Assembly (NCBI GenBank): GCA_963663035.1
Contig: OY760074.1
Coordinates: 384,001 to 448,000, forward strand
DNA from: Acidobacteriota bacterium
GTDB lineage: Bacteria; Acidobacteriota; UBA6911; RPQK01; JADFOI01
Reading direction: 5' to 3'
Length of the DNA stretch: 64,000 nt
Shown: positions 11,201-19,098 of the stretch, one piece after another
How the letters are laid out: every line of letters starts with the position of its first letter
Numbering within the stretch: the first letter of the stretch is position 1
Notes under the pieces: model-generated
Seen by the model: the letters and a program-made list of their open reading frames with translations, nothing else
Database searches by the model: none
What the model was told of the DNA's origin: nothing
Translations under genes and position numbers: made by a program

Positions 11201-11430
11201 TCCAGCTTCTTTTCCTTTAAGATTTCAAGCGCCCGCAAGGCATCGAACTGCATGAGGGCATACGGGGAGATAATGATGTCGTGTTCAGAATCGAGCTGGG
11301 TAAAGTAGTCCCGCTCACTCCTCGCAGTCTGACTTTCTACTTCAAACCCACCTCTCTCCAGTTCCTGTGTGATCGGGTCCAGGTCTTCTTCTTCGTTCCC
11401 CAACAAAAGAACACGGAGTGGAATCGACAT
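8221..11430 (-). CDS. Receiver-like + multiple PAS + GAF + HD-GYP c-di-GMP signalling protein
   Basis: HDIGK, HHEKWDGSGYPRGLKG; PAS signatures (YWNRSAEKMY, FNQACEELSGYS, HPDD, RDITERKQ); GAF (VAGKAALER...AMPLVARGELKGVLE). Start placed at MSIPLRV, after an [10 protein letters not shown]. Confidence 0.92.
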   Translation of the reverse strand: MSIPLRVLLLGNEEEDLDPITQELERGGFEVESQTARSERDYFTQLDSEHDIIISPYALMQFDALRALEILKEKKLDIPFIVLGGKVGEELAVECLKQGAADFLLKARLNRLGQVVKRVVQESKVQREKKQSEASLEEGVARARNLLELCPVGIALLTQGEVTLINRVGAHFLGAASPKQVVKKSFADFAHPDTRKRLEERLQGAEEQPPGREAASKKRILLKERFVRLDGEEIDLELEAAPTTDNGNKALLLVLRDITGEERKKGVLPFHSKLLSQVPDAVVAVDNERNITYWNRSAEKMYDIVSDDALGMKLDEVYQKRWLNAEDEKASGEALAAKGFWRGRNTHILNSGKEIHVSSSVSRLQDKEGETTGLVSTIREITQQKQAEDKLKKERNFYSSVLRSAASLVLALDKEGRILLFNQACEELSGYSVNEVRNKHLWDFLLPPDEARSAQAFFKDLKSDQFPYTHEDNWVTKDATRRLVTWSETALKDEKGSVACVILTGVDITEHQEAEQADQESAEYFRSLVENSADALIILDQDGVMRFEGSSLEEMLGYKLGELEGKSLRELSHPDDVAVFSRAMEKLKKEPGATALMQLRLHNKADSWITVEGSSKNLSDPPVSGIVFTVRDITERKQVEEGRQRQIELLDVIHAIDVATSSGLDLQITAKVILEQLTSQLGVDAASVLLFNPDTHILKHFSGLGFRNIAIARSQVNIGEDVAGKAALERELIRIPDLRDSEEGSKRAELLADEGFVAYYAMPLVARGELKGVLEILNRSSLSPDPEWLDFLSTVAAQAAVAIDNADLIETLQRQNTGLGFAYDSTLEKVSYALDLREQLTTGHSHRVAEWTLQLGERVGMEGRDLVHVRHGALLHDIGKIRIPESILHKPGPLTEEEWKIMRQHPGYAFELMSEIPYLRAAVNIPHCHHEKWDGSGYPRGLKGREIPLAARVFAVVEAWDLLCSDRPYRKAWAPEEIREHLRSHSGIDFDPDIVEKFLELEKQGEFTPAALPESIPEEKTEEQAVQEERPVQDEKPIEEEPPIEEEKTVEEEEPKPRGQPPKPKTFLP
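8270..8375 (-). repeat. Degenerate 18-bp tandem repeat encoding acidic/Pro hexapeptides in the HD-GYP tail
   Basis: EERPVQ-DEKPIE-EEPPIE-EEKTVE periodicity. Confidence 0.6.
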
Positions 11431-11552
11431 CGTAATAGTCCCCTTTTTTTGGCCAATCGAGTATAACAGCATTGAAAACTTCTGGAGTACCAGCTATTCC
11501 CTGTGCTGCGTTACAATTCAACCTCTTCCAGTTATAATGCCTCTCTTTTAGT

Positions 11553-12335
11553 ATGAAAAATCGAGATCGGCTTGTCTTGTTGACCAACGACGATGGAGTC
11601 AGGGCGGAAGGACTCCTGGCAATGAAGAGAGAACTCTCTGGGTGGGGAAAGGTAGTCGTGGTGGCGCCTTCCGAGGAGCGCAGTGCCGTCAGTCAGGGGC
11701 TCACTATTCATTCTCCACTTCGGGTCTTTGAAGTCTCTAAGGACCACCACGCCTTGACAGGAACCCCTGCAGACTGCGTTATCTTCGCACTTCGAAAGAT
11801 GTTGCCGCGCCCTCCGGATCTGGTGGTGAGCGGAATCAATCATGGTCCCAATCTTGGTGATGATATTATCTATTCGGGTACGGTTGCGGGAGCCCGCGAA
11901 GCGGCCATTCACCAGATACCTGCTCTGGCTGCATCGGCGGTGAGCAACCGAGGTGACTCTTCCTTCTCTCAAGCAGCGGTGTTTGTGCGGCGTTTGATTG
12001 AAGAATTTTTCCCCTTTCCGACTGGGACTTTCTTGAATGTCAATATCCCCGAGGGGGATCCGGTGGCTTACCGCTTTACTCGACAGGGAAGTAAGGCGGC
12101 TGAGGGTGCGATTGAAGAGAAGAGAGACCCGCGCGGGCGGACGTATTACTGGATCGCCCGTGATGAAAGCGAGTGGATGATCGAAGCAGAAACCGATTAT
12201 GAGGCGATCCGTGCGGGGGAAGTCTCGGTGACACCCTTGCAGCGAGATCAGACCGACTACGGCTCCTTGGCAAGCTACAAAAAGCAGGGAGAAGAGATCC
12301 AGTTTGCCAGAGAGAACCGTGGTTCGGGGCACTAA
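11553..12335 (+). CDS. surE: 5'/3'-nucleotidase SurE
   Basis: LLTNDDG, GTPADCV, SGINHGPNLG, YSGTVAGA motifs. Confidence 0.97.
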   Translation: MKNRDRLVLLTNDDGVRAEGLLAMKRELSGWGKVVVVAPSEERSAVSQGLTIHSPLRVFEVSKDHHALTGTPADCVIFALRKMLPRPPDLVVSGINHGPNLGDDIIYSGTVAGAREAAIHQIPALAASAVSNRGDSSFSQAAVFVRRLIEEFFPFPTGTFLNVNIPEGDPVAYRFTRQGSKAAEGAIEEKRDPRGRTYYWIARDESEWMIEAETDYEAIRAGEVSVTPLQRDQTDYGSLASYKKQGEEIQFARENRGSGH

Positions 12336-12384
12336 GCAGTAAAGTCCCAGCTGGAGATGGGTTGACCGATCACGAGGCGTTACA

Positions 12385-13008
12385 GTGGCATCTGAAGTAC
12401 CTGCTCGTTCTTTTGATCCGTTTCGCTGGCTGAGGAGGCTGTACGATTGGGTGGTCAGCCTATCTGAGCGGCCCAATGCAGTACCCTCACTGTTCGTGCT
12501 GGCCTTTGCTGAAGCTTCCTTCTTTCCCATCCCACCGGATATTCTGCTCATTGGTCTAGCCATTGGGGCTCCCAAACGGTCCCTGTGGTTTGCCACGATC
12601 TGCACCCTGGGATCGGCTCTGGGCGCCCTACTGGGATACCTTCTGGGACTGCAATTCTATGAACTGATCGGGCAGCAAATCGTCGAGTTCTATGCAGCAG
12701 GGGAACAATTTCAACGTGTCCAGGCCCTTTTCCAACAGTGGGATGTTCTGGCTATTGCCGTGGCTGGTTTTACTCCGATTCCCTTTAAAGTCTTTACCAT
12801 CTCAGCAGGAGTCTTCGAGCTCAATTTCATTACTTTTGCAGTGGCTGTGGTTTTGAGTCGGGGCGCACGGTTCTTCTTGTTGGGTGGATTGATCTGGCGA
12901 TTTGGGCCAAGCATACGGGATTTTGTGGACCGCTACTTTAATCTTCTGACCATCCTTTTTCTCATCCTTCTGGTGGGTGGATTCTTGATAATACAATATG
13001 TTGTTTAA
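12385..13008 (+). CDS. YqaA/DedA-family membrane protein
   Basis: [15 protein letters not shown] and [13 protein letters not shown] motifs. Confidence 0.9.
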   Translation: MASEVPARSFDPFRWLRRLYDWVVSLSERPNAVPSLFVLAFAEASFFPIPPDILLIGLAIGAPKRSLWFATICTLGSALGALLGYLLGLQFYELIGQQIVEFYAAGEQFQRVQALFQQWDVLAIAVAGFTPIPFKVFTISAGVFELNFITFAVAVVLSRGARFFLLGGLIWRFGPSIRDFVDRYFNLLTILFLILLVGGFLIIQYVV

Positions 13009-13057
13009 CTCGCTGTTATACAATGGGTCGGGTTGAGAAACCCGGCATGAAATCAAT

Positions 13058-13134
<77 letters not shown>

Positions 13135-13171
13135 CCCGCTTATGGTGCATTCCGGACACATAGGTTACAGT

Positions 13172-13666
13172 TTATTCCGAAGACATAGGTAACACCTTTG
13201 CACCAAAAGGGTTATTTATAGGTTCAAACCTTCTACTGTCTTCGTCAAAGTAACCGAGGTCGTATTCCATAAACGACACCAGCCAAATTTTCTCTTTGAC
13301 CTCTTTGATTCCAACATCTTGACCAGCAAACACCGTGCTGAAGTTGATCTTTTGACTTTTCATACAGATTCTGCCGCAGCTGGTGACGGTCACGGTGCGA
13401 TCGTGCATGGGGTACTCGACGCGCCCGATTCCTCGGTAGGGACAAGATGCGGGAGTATAGACCTCGGACGGAAACTTCATGCCCAGGGCCTCATGAGGTC
13501 TCTCAGTATTGTATTCCGCCTGAAAGGCATTAAACCTCTCTTGCTGCTGAAGAAGGTTGTGGGCAGCGGGAACGACTGTGGCCTTCTTGAGGGTGAGATG
13601 AAGGCGCTCATGCCTTCCGTTCTGCTCGGGATGGCCGGGCTTGATCCTCTCGATTCGGATTCCTAG
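13172..13666 (-). pseudogene. IS481 transposase C-terminal fragment
   Basis: PGHPEQNGRHERLHLTLK and YNTERPHEALGMK motifs. Confidence 0.88.
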
Positions 13667-14188
13667 CCGCAATTATTCATAAGTTTGGGGTAGCCTAGTT
13701 CAGGGCTGAGAGTGTGTTCACGATTACAGGCGACTTGTTGAGCCAGTCGAGCCCCTGAGCTCGGCCCCAAACAATCCGTTGGGACACAGACGGGGTGATG
13801 CAAAAGGGCACAGATCCGAGAAGTTCCCGAACCCGGGCACCGGTGAGTCCGTGCTGTTGATCCGGCGGCGGAGCGTCTCAATCTCCAGGTTGTGCCAGGG
13901 AGTCCCGCACAGGTAATCCCGCAGGCGCAGGATTAAGACATAGGCCAGGGCGTGGATGAAGAGTCGGAACTGGTTGGCCAGGAAACGGTGGCAGCTCAAG
14001 CGATCCATGGCCAGATCTTTTTTGAAAGCTTTCACGAAGTTCTCGCACTGGCCCCGTCCGATGTAGTGGTCATACAGCTGCCCGGCCGTGAGATCCTGGC
14101 GGTTGGTGACCACAAAGCGACGGTTGAACCCGCGCTCGCTCACTTCCACCTTGGCCACCATGCGCCGCTCCCGGTCCCAACTGTCGGC
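13667..14188 (-). mobile_element. IS1380-family remnant (right end plus 3' part of transposase)
   Basis: SWDRERRMVAK, RFVVTN, Y-x-GRGQCENFVK, DRLSCHRFLANQFRL are IS1380-type motifs. Terminus CCGCAATTATTCAT is next to CTAG (13663-13666). The 5' junction is approximate. Confidence 0.8.
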
Positions 14189-14809
14189 CGTGCGGATCGC
14201 TTCCGGCAAACCTAACTCTTGAAAGGTTCTCTCGAATACGGGGAAAGCACCTCTTTCCTTAACACTGTCGAGAGCCTCGATGGCGAGCAGATAACGGCTG
14301 GCGTGATCGCTCACGGTGAGAGGATAACAGTACCGTTTGTCTCCCAGCATGAACTCTCCTTTGAAGTCGGCAGACCAAAGGTCATTGGGATTCTGGCTGC
14401 TGGACAATCGAGTCCCCTCTGCCTTGAACCGTCGCCGTTTTCTACAGTTCACCAGGCCGTTGCGATCCAGAACCGCGTGAACTGTGCTCACCGCAGGCGG
14501 CCGTACATTCGGAAACCTACGAATCAGGAGCGCCCGAATCTTGGGAGCTCCCCAATACGGCTTCTCTCGCTTTAGCCTGACCAGGGTCCGTTCCACCTGT
14601 TCGGGCAGTTGGTTTCCGTAACGATGCGGCTTGCGGCTCCGATCCACCAGGGCGTAAGCGCCGGTGTTTTGATAGCGGTTCCAAATCTTGTAGCCCGTCT
14701 TTCTGGATATCCCAAACTCCTCACACAGACGGCTCATGGACTCCCCATCCAACAGCTTCGCTATAAATCTCATTCTCTCGTCCATCACACAGATCTCCTT
14801 CCATGGCAT
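14189..14809 (-). pseudogene. IS481 transposase N-terminal fragment, fused in frame to the IS1380 remnant
   Basis: HTH (SMSRLCEEFGISRKTGYKIWNRY), WGAPKI, and first catalytic Asp region WSADFKG. Confidence 0.88.
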
Positions 14810-14897
14810 CTCTGGGCACCTCCCAGAAGAAGCCTATAAGTGTTACCCATGTGTCCGGTATAATTTGTTACCCATCTTTCGGAATGGGCATATCGGT

Positions 14898-15167
14898 ATG
14901 GTTGCTCGTCATTACATTGTGAAGGGTCGGGTGCAGGGAGTGGGTTTTCGCTACTTCACTCACCGCCTTGCAGTGGAACTGGATCTCAAGGGTTGGGTGA
15001 AAAATCTCGGAAATGGAGCAGTGGAGGTCCATGGGGAAGGTGACGAGAATCCACTGGAGCACTTCTTGAGCAAAATCAAAAGGGGGCCGTCTTTGGCCTC
15101 GGTCCAGGACGTTGAGACTGGGGAAGTGGAACCGGAAGGATACCAGGGTTTTTCAATTGAAAGGTGA
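14898..15167 (+). CDS. acyP: Acylphosphatase
   Basis: GRVQGVGFR and GWVKN-x-x-x-G-x-VE motifs; true start at ATG 14898. Confidence 0.95.
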   Translation: MVARHYIVKGRVQGVGFRYFTHRLAVELDLKGWVKNLGNGAVEVHGEGDENPLEHFLSKIKRGPSLASVQDVETGEVEPEGYQGFSIER

Positions 15168-15170
15168 GCT

Positions 15171-15686
15171 ATGGAAGACTTGAAGAAGAAGATCCGCGAG
15201 GTTCCTGACTTCCCAAAGCCGGGAATTCTCTTTTACGACCTCACCACTCTTTTAAAAGAGAAGGAAGGTCTTCGAAAGGTTATCGACCTCCTGACCCAGG
15301 AATACGAAGGCAAGAAGATAGATAAAGTGGTGGGAATTGAATCCCGGGGGTTCATTTTTGCGCCTGCTCTCGCTTACAACTTGAATGCGGGGTTGGTACT
15401 TGTCCGAAAGAAAGGCAAACTTCCTGCGGAATCGATCAGTGCTTCTTATGATCTCGAGTACGGTCAGGATGTTCTTGAAATGCACAAGGACTCTATTGAG
15501 CCGGGTCAGCGAGTGTTGATCGTTGATGATCTCATTGCTACCGGCGGCACTGCGGCAGCAACCGCGCAAATGGTCCTTCAGTTGGAAGGGGAGGTTGCCG
15601 GTCTGGCTTTTATTGTTGAGCTGGGATTCCTCAACGGTCGAGAAAAGCTGATTGGCTTCGATGTGTTCTCGATCCTGACCTATTAG
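15171..15686 (+). CDS. apt: Adenine phosphoribosyltransferase
   Basis: [33 protein letters not shown]. Confidence 0.97.
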   Translation: MEDLKKKIREVPDFPKPGILFYDLTTLLKEKEGLRKVIDLLTQEYEGKKIDKVVGIESRGFIFAPALAYNLNAGLVLVRKKGKLPAESISASYDLEYGQDVLEMHKDSIEPGQRVLIVDDLIATGGTAAATAQMVLQLEGEVAGLAFIVELGFLNGREKLIGFDVFSILTY

Positions 15687-16049
15687 CGCGGGTGTCCAGA
15701 AAGGCCAAGCTCTTCGTTCTCCGCGCCCTTCGATCCTCGACGTAGCTTAGTACTCACTTTCACAAATACGATAGCGTTTGTTGGGAGCGCGACGGAGCCC
15801 AAATCGAGGAGGAGCAACAAAGAGATGGGCCCGTCCCGCCCCAACCCTTCGGGCGGATGGGGGTTGCGGGCGATCTCTTTGTCACTCGTCGTCGTCGATG
15901 TCCCTGACATCGCCTCCTCCTCCCTTCGCGACCTCGCCTCGCAAGCCCCATCCGCAAACGTTACCGTATTTATGAAAGGGAGTACTTAGGCTACGCTTGC
16001 GGTCGAAGGACTTGTGCGGCCTCGATCTTGACCTGCCTGAACACCCGCG
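15687..16049 (+). mobile_element. MITE-like element family C (outer), interrupted by a family B element
   Basis: TIRs CGCGGGTGTCCAGAAAGGCCAAG and (reverse complement) CGCGGGTGTTCAGGCAGGTCAAG; central hairpin split by the insertion. Confidence 0.7.
15751..15984 (+). mobile_element. MITE-like element family B, copy B1 (nested)
   Basis: ~30-bp TIRs TACTCACTTTCACAAATACGATAGCGTTTG and (rc) TACTCCCTTTCATAAATACGGTAACGTTTG; CTTAG on both flanks; interior similar to 40359-40630. Confidence 0.8.
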
Positions 16050-16050
16050 G

Positions 16051-16803
16051 TCAGTTGTTCTCCGCCTCGAGTTGCTCGAGGTGAATTCGAGCCTCCTGCA
16101 AGTACACACTGGTCGGATACTCGGTGGTTAATCTCTGGTAAAAAACCACAGCCTCCTGAGCATTACCCGCTGCCTCATGGTTCTGGGCGAGTTGTAGGAG
16201 TATCGTGTCCTTTGGGAAGAAGCCGGTCGATTCCAGAAGTATTTCCTCCAGCAAGGCTGTCGCTCGCTGCCGGTCGTCGTTCGATTGTGCAAGTCGGACC
16301 AGGAGCTGTCGAGCCAGGTTTTTGATCTGGGGCTGAGATGAATTCTCCATCACGAAAGTCAAGTCCCCCTCAGCCTGTTCCGCCTGGCCCATTTCTTGTT
16401 TGATCAGAGCCATGTAATAGCGTGCCAGGAGACCAAGGTCAGTGTTGGCGTGATCTTCCGCGATGGTCCTGAAGTGTGCCAGGGCTTCCACTCGACGTTC
16501 TTGATCAAATTGAAACTGAAATGTGGAGGGAATGGGTTGATCCTCGCTTACCCCTGTCGTCTCCTCGCTGACGGGAGCGTGGTAGATTTCCAGGGCCTCA
16601 GCAAATTGGGCTTGAAGCTCCTCAGAGCGACTCCCTTGGTAGTTCTGCCAGAAATAGGCTCCCAGGACAGAAAGCAAGAAAATCCCGAAGAAAGTGGCCA
16701 GTACAATGCTGTTCTTAGCAGCCCACCCCAAAATGCCAGTGAGAATGGCCTGAACCTTGTCTTCCTGGACAATCTCTTTCCGAGTCAATCGTTTCGCAGC
16801 CAC
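16051..16803 (-). CDS. YfgM-like membrane-anchored tetratricopeptide repeat protein
   Basis: N-terminal RLTRKEI-x-x-D, single TM helix, TPR-like helices ending YQRLTTEYPTS. Confidence 0.8.
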   Translation of the reverse strand: MAAKRLTRKEIVQEDKVQAILTGILGWAAKNSIVLATFFGIFLLSVLGAYFWQNYQGSRSEELQAQFAEALEIYHAPVSEETTGVSEDQPIPSTFQFQFDQERRVEALAHFRTIAEDHANTDLGLLARYYMALIKQEMGQAEQAEGDLTFVMENSSQPQIKNLARQLLVRLAQSNDDRQRATALLEEILLESTGFFPKDTILLQLAQNHEAAGNAQEAVVFYQRLTTEYPTSVYLQEARIHLEQLEAENN

Positions 16804-16835
16804 GGAGATTCCTTTCTGTGCTCGTCAAAATCAAG

Positions 16836-16908
16836 TGCGCCTGGCAGGACTCGAACCTGCGGCGCAGGGGTTAGGAACCCCTTGCTCTATCCTCTGAGCT
16901 ACAGGCGC
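16836..16908 (-). tRNA. tRNA-Arg (CCT), CCA not encoded
   Basis: Minus strand GCGCCTGTAGCTCAG...AGGGG-TTCCTAA-CCCCT...GGTTCGAGTCC...CAGGCGCA. Confidence 0.95.
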
Positions 16909-17065
16909 ACGAACGGGGTAAGTGTAGCAAAACAAACGTGCTGGTGCCAGGGGTTCTGCCCTTAGAGCGACAGAGCCCTCGTCCTGGAAAAAAACACTTG
17001 GCACTCACCGCTCTTTGGGCTATATTTCTCTTCTGGCTCGAAACTGGTCTTTGGAAGGAGATCTT

Positions 17066-17128
17066 ATGCGCACCTGGATGAACGTTATCGACGCCGCGCC
17101 GCTTGGCGTGGCCGGAGCGGGTGCGTAG
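17066..17128 (+). CDS. Putative 20-aa leader peptide MRTWMNVIDAAPLGVAGAGA
   Basis: Strong GGAAGGAG RBS 5 nt upstream of ATG; immediately followed by alternative hairpins; 113 bp upstream of the ABC exporter gene. Confidence 0.65.
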   Translation: MRTWMNVIDAAPLGVAGAGA

Positions 17129-17209
17129 GACGCTCGGTTAGAGCGTCTCGAGACCCGCTCAGCGCGAGCGGGTCGAGTCCTTCCTCTTCGGTCTCTTTTA
17201 CCCCGCTCG
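17115..17209 (+). promoter_or_regulatory. Attenuator-like mutually exclusive hairpins
   Basis: GAGCGGGT (17115-17122) or GAGCGGGTC (17166-17174) can each pair with (G)ACCCGCTC (17152-17160); extra hairpin GACGCTC/GAGCGTC (17129-17147); pyrimidine-rich tract follows. Confidence 0.6.
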
Positions 17210-17241
17210 TTCTTTGGTGGTCCGTGATGTGAGGGTAGGAG

Positions 17242-19098
17242 ATGACTTCGAAGTATCGACTGATCTGGGAGCTGATGGGTGGCCAGCGCCTCCGCTACGG
17301 AGCGGCCATCCTGTCCCTCGCGATCGGTTCCGCCTTTCTCTACCTGGTGCTCCTCGTTCCCCAGGCCACTCTCGACGTGGTGCTCTCGTCGAAGCCCGAG
17401 CAGGCATCGCCCCTCATCCGAGGGGTGGTGGATCGCCTCGGCGGTGCGGACTTCCTACGCGCGAATCTCTGGCTGGCCCTGGTCGGCATGGTGACCCTCA
17501 CGGCCATTGCCGGTTTCTTCACCTATCTCCGCGGCCGCTGGTCCGCCACCGCGAGCGAGGAGATCGTGAGAAAGCTTCGCGATCGGCTTTACGATCAGCT
17601 CCAGCATCTGCCCTGCCGCTTCCACGACCGGGCCGAGACCGGCGATCTCGTCCAGCGCTGTACATCGGATGTGGAGACCTTCCGCCGCTTTCTGGCCACC
17701 CAGATCGTGGAGATCGGGCGCGCCATCATCATGCTGGCGGCCCCAATCCCGCTCATGATCGCTCTCGACATCCGCATGACGCTCGTCTCGCTCCTCTTGG
17801 TGCCGGGAATCGTGATCTACTCCATCGTCTTCTTCCGGCGGGTGCGGTCCTCCTTCAAGAAGGTGGATGAGGCGGAAGGGCGCCTGACCAGCACCTTGCA
17901 AGAGAATCTCACCGGCATCCGCGTGGTCCGCGCCTTTCACCGCCAGGAGCACGAAAAGGAGAAGTTCGACGGGATCAACGGCCGCCACCGCCTTCTCGAC
18001 TACCGTCTCTATCAGCTGATGGCGTGGTACTGGTCGGTCTCTGACTTCTTCAGCTTGGGTCAAAAGGCCCTGGTGGTCGGGGTAGGGGGATACTGGCTCC
18101 TGGAGGGAACGCTACCCGTCGGCACCTTCTACTTCTTCCTTGCCGCGGTGACGATGTTCATCTGGCCGATTCGCATGATGGGTCGAGTCCTCACCGAGCT
18201 TGGCAAGGCTCTGGTGGCCATCGATCGCATCGGGATGATCCTGGAGCACCCTCGGGAAAGCGCGTCGGCGGTGCGGCCGGTCGGGTCTCTTCCCATCTCC
18301 CGGGGGGCGATCTCTTTCGATTGCGTCTCTTTCACCTATGGTGGCGCGGACCGCGTTCTCGATGAGATCTCCTTCGAGATCGAGGGGGGGACCACCTTGG
18401 CCCTCCTTGGTCCCTCGGGTTCCGGGAAGTCGACCATCGCGAACCTGCTCCTCCGATTCTACGATCCTCAAGAGGGAACGATCGCCATCGATGGACACGA
18501 CCTGGCCGGCCTGGAGCTGAGAGAAGCTCGGCAAAAAATCTCCTCGGTAATGCAGGAGCCCTTCCTCTACTCGAAGACGCTGCGGGACAACATCCGTCTC
18601 GGCCGTTCGAGCGCGCGGGAAGGGGAGATCCACGAGGCGGCCACGGTCGCCGCCGTGCACGACACGATCCTGGAGTTCGAGAAGGGCTACGACACCCAGG
18701 TTGGGGAACGGGGTGTGACTCTCTCCGGGGGGCAGCGGCAGCGGGTGGCTCTCGCCCGCGCGCTCGTCGACGACCCGACGATCCTCATCCTCGACGACGC
18801 CCTGAGCGCCGTCGACACCGAGACGGAATCGTTGATTCTCGAGGCCCTCCGTCGGCGCAAGGGACGACAGACCACGGTGGTGATCGCCCATCGCCTCTCA
18901 ACCCTTCGCCACGCGGACAAGACCATCGTCCTGGAGGGCGGACGGATCATCCAGGAGGGCACCCACCGATCTCTCCTCGCCGAGGAGGGGATGTACCGGC
19001 GCATCTGGAACCTCCAGACCGCGCTGGAGAAGGGAAGCCTGAAGAACCTCGAGAGCGTGGTCGAGGCCATTCCGGAACAAGGACAGAACGATGAGTGA
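17242..19098 (+). CDS. Heterodimeric ABC exporter subunit 1 (TMD+NBD)
   Basis: TM domain; GPSGSGKS, LSGGQRQR, degenerate Walker B ILILDDALSAVD. Confidence 0.95.
   Translation: MTSKYRLIWELMGGQRLRYGAAILSLAIGSAFLYLVLLVPQATLDVVLSSKPEQASPLIRGVVDRLGGADFLRANLWLALVGMVTLTAIAGFFTYLRGRWSATASEEIVRKLRDRLYDQLQHLPCRFHDRAETGDLVQRCTSDVETFRRFLATQIVEIGRAIIMLAAPIPLMIALDIRMTLVSLLLVPGIVIYSIVFFRRVRSSFKKVDEAEGRLTSTLQENLTGIRVVRAFHRQEHEKEKFDGINGRHRLLDYRLYQLMAWYWSVSDFFSLGQKALVVGVGGYWLLEGTLPVGTFYFFLAAVTMFIWPIRMMGRVLTELGKALVAIDRIGMILEHPRESASAVRPVGSLPISRGAISFDCVSFTYGGADRVLDEISFEIEGGTTLALLGPSGSGKSTIANLLLRFYDPQEGTIAIDGHDLAGLELREARQKISSVMQEPFLYSKTLRDNIRLGRSSAREGEIHEAATVAAVHDTILEFEKGYDTQVGERGVTLSGGQRQRVALARALVDDPTILILDDALSAVDTETESLILEALRRRKGRQTTVVIAHRLSTLRHADKTIVLEGGRIIQEGTHRSLLAEEGMYRRIWNLQTALEKGSLKNLESVVEAIPEQGQNDE

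Larger units (their letters stand above)
13144..14890 (-). mobile_element. IS481-family element, disrupted by an IS1380-family remnant
   Basis: Imperfect ~50-bp inverted ends, each with two TGTTACC(C/T)AT-like boxes; possible TAT duplication (13141-13143 / 14891-14893). Transposase N-part (MPWKE...WSADFKG...AIRT) and C-part (LGIRIERIKPGHPEQNGRHER) are separated. Confidence 0.88.

Noticed and set aside
13765-13810. PFASP...NGLFG as the missing IS481 segment
   Set aside because: It lies inside the IS1380 end. Neighbouring frames give GARVRE and TSRIC, consistent with a frameshifted IS1380 C-terminus, so the resemblance is probably coincidental (not fully excluded).
13135-14890. tRNA-Pro-anchored genomic island
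   Set aside because: No integrase and no repeated tRNA 3' end; only IS sequence follows the tRNA.
15683-16109. Short ORFs across MITEs (also 22350-22628, 29260-29653, 35023-35328, 40197-40875, 62625-62991)
   Set aside because: Their mutual similarity reflects the repeat; frames, starts and stops are not conserved between copies.
16997-17015. sigma-54-like TTGGCAC upstream of the ABC leader
   Set aside because: GG-to-GC spacing is 10 bp, not 12.
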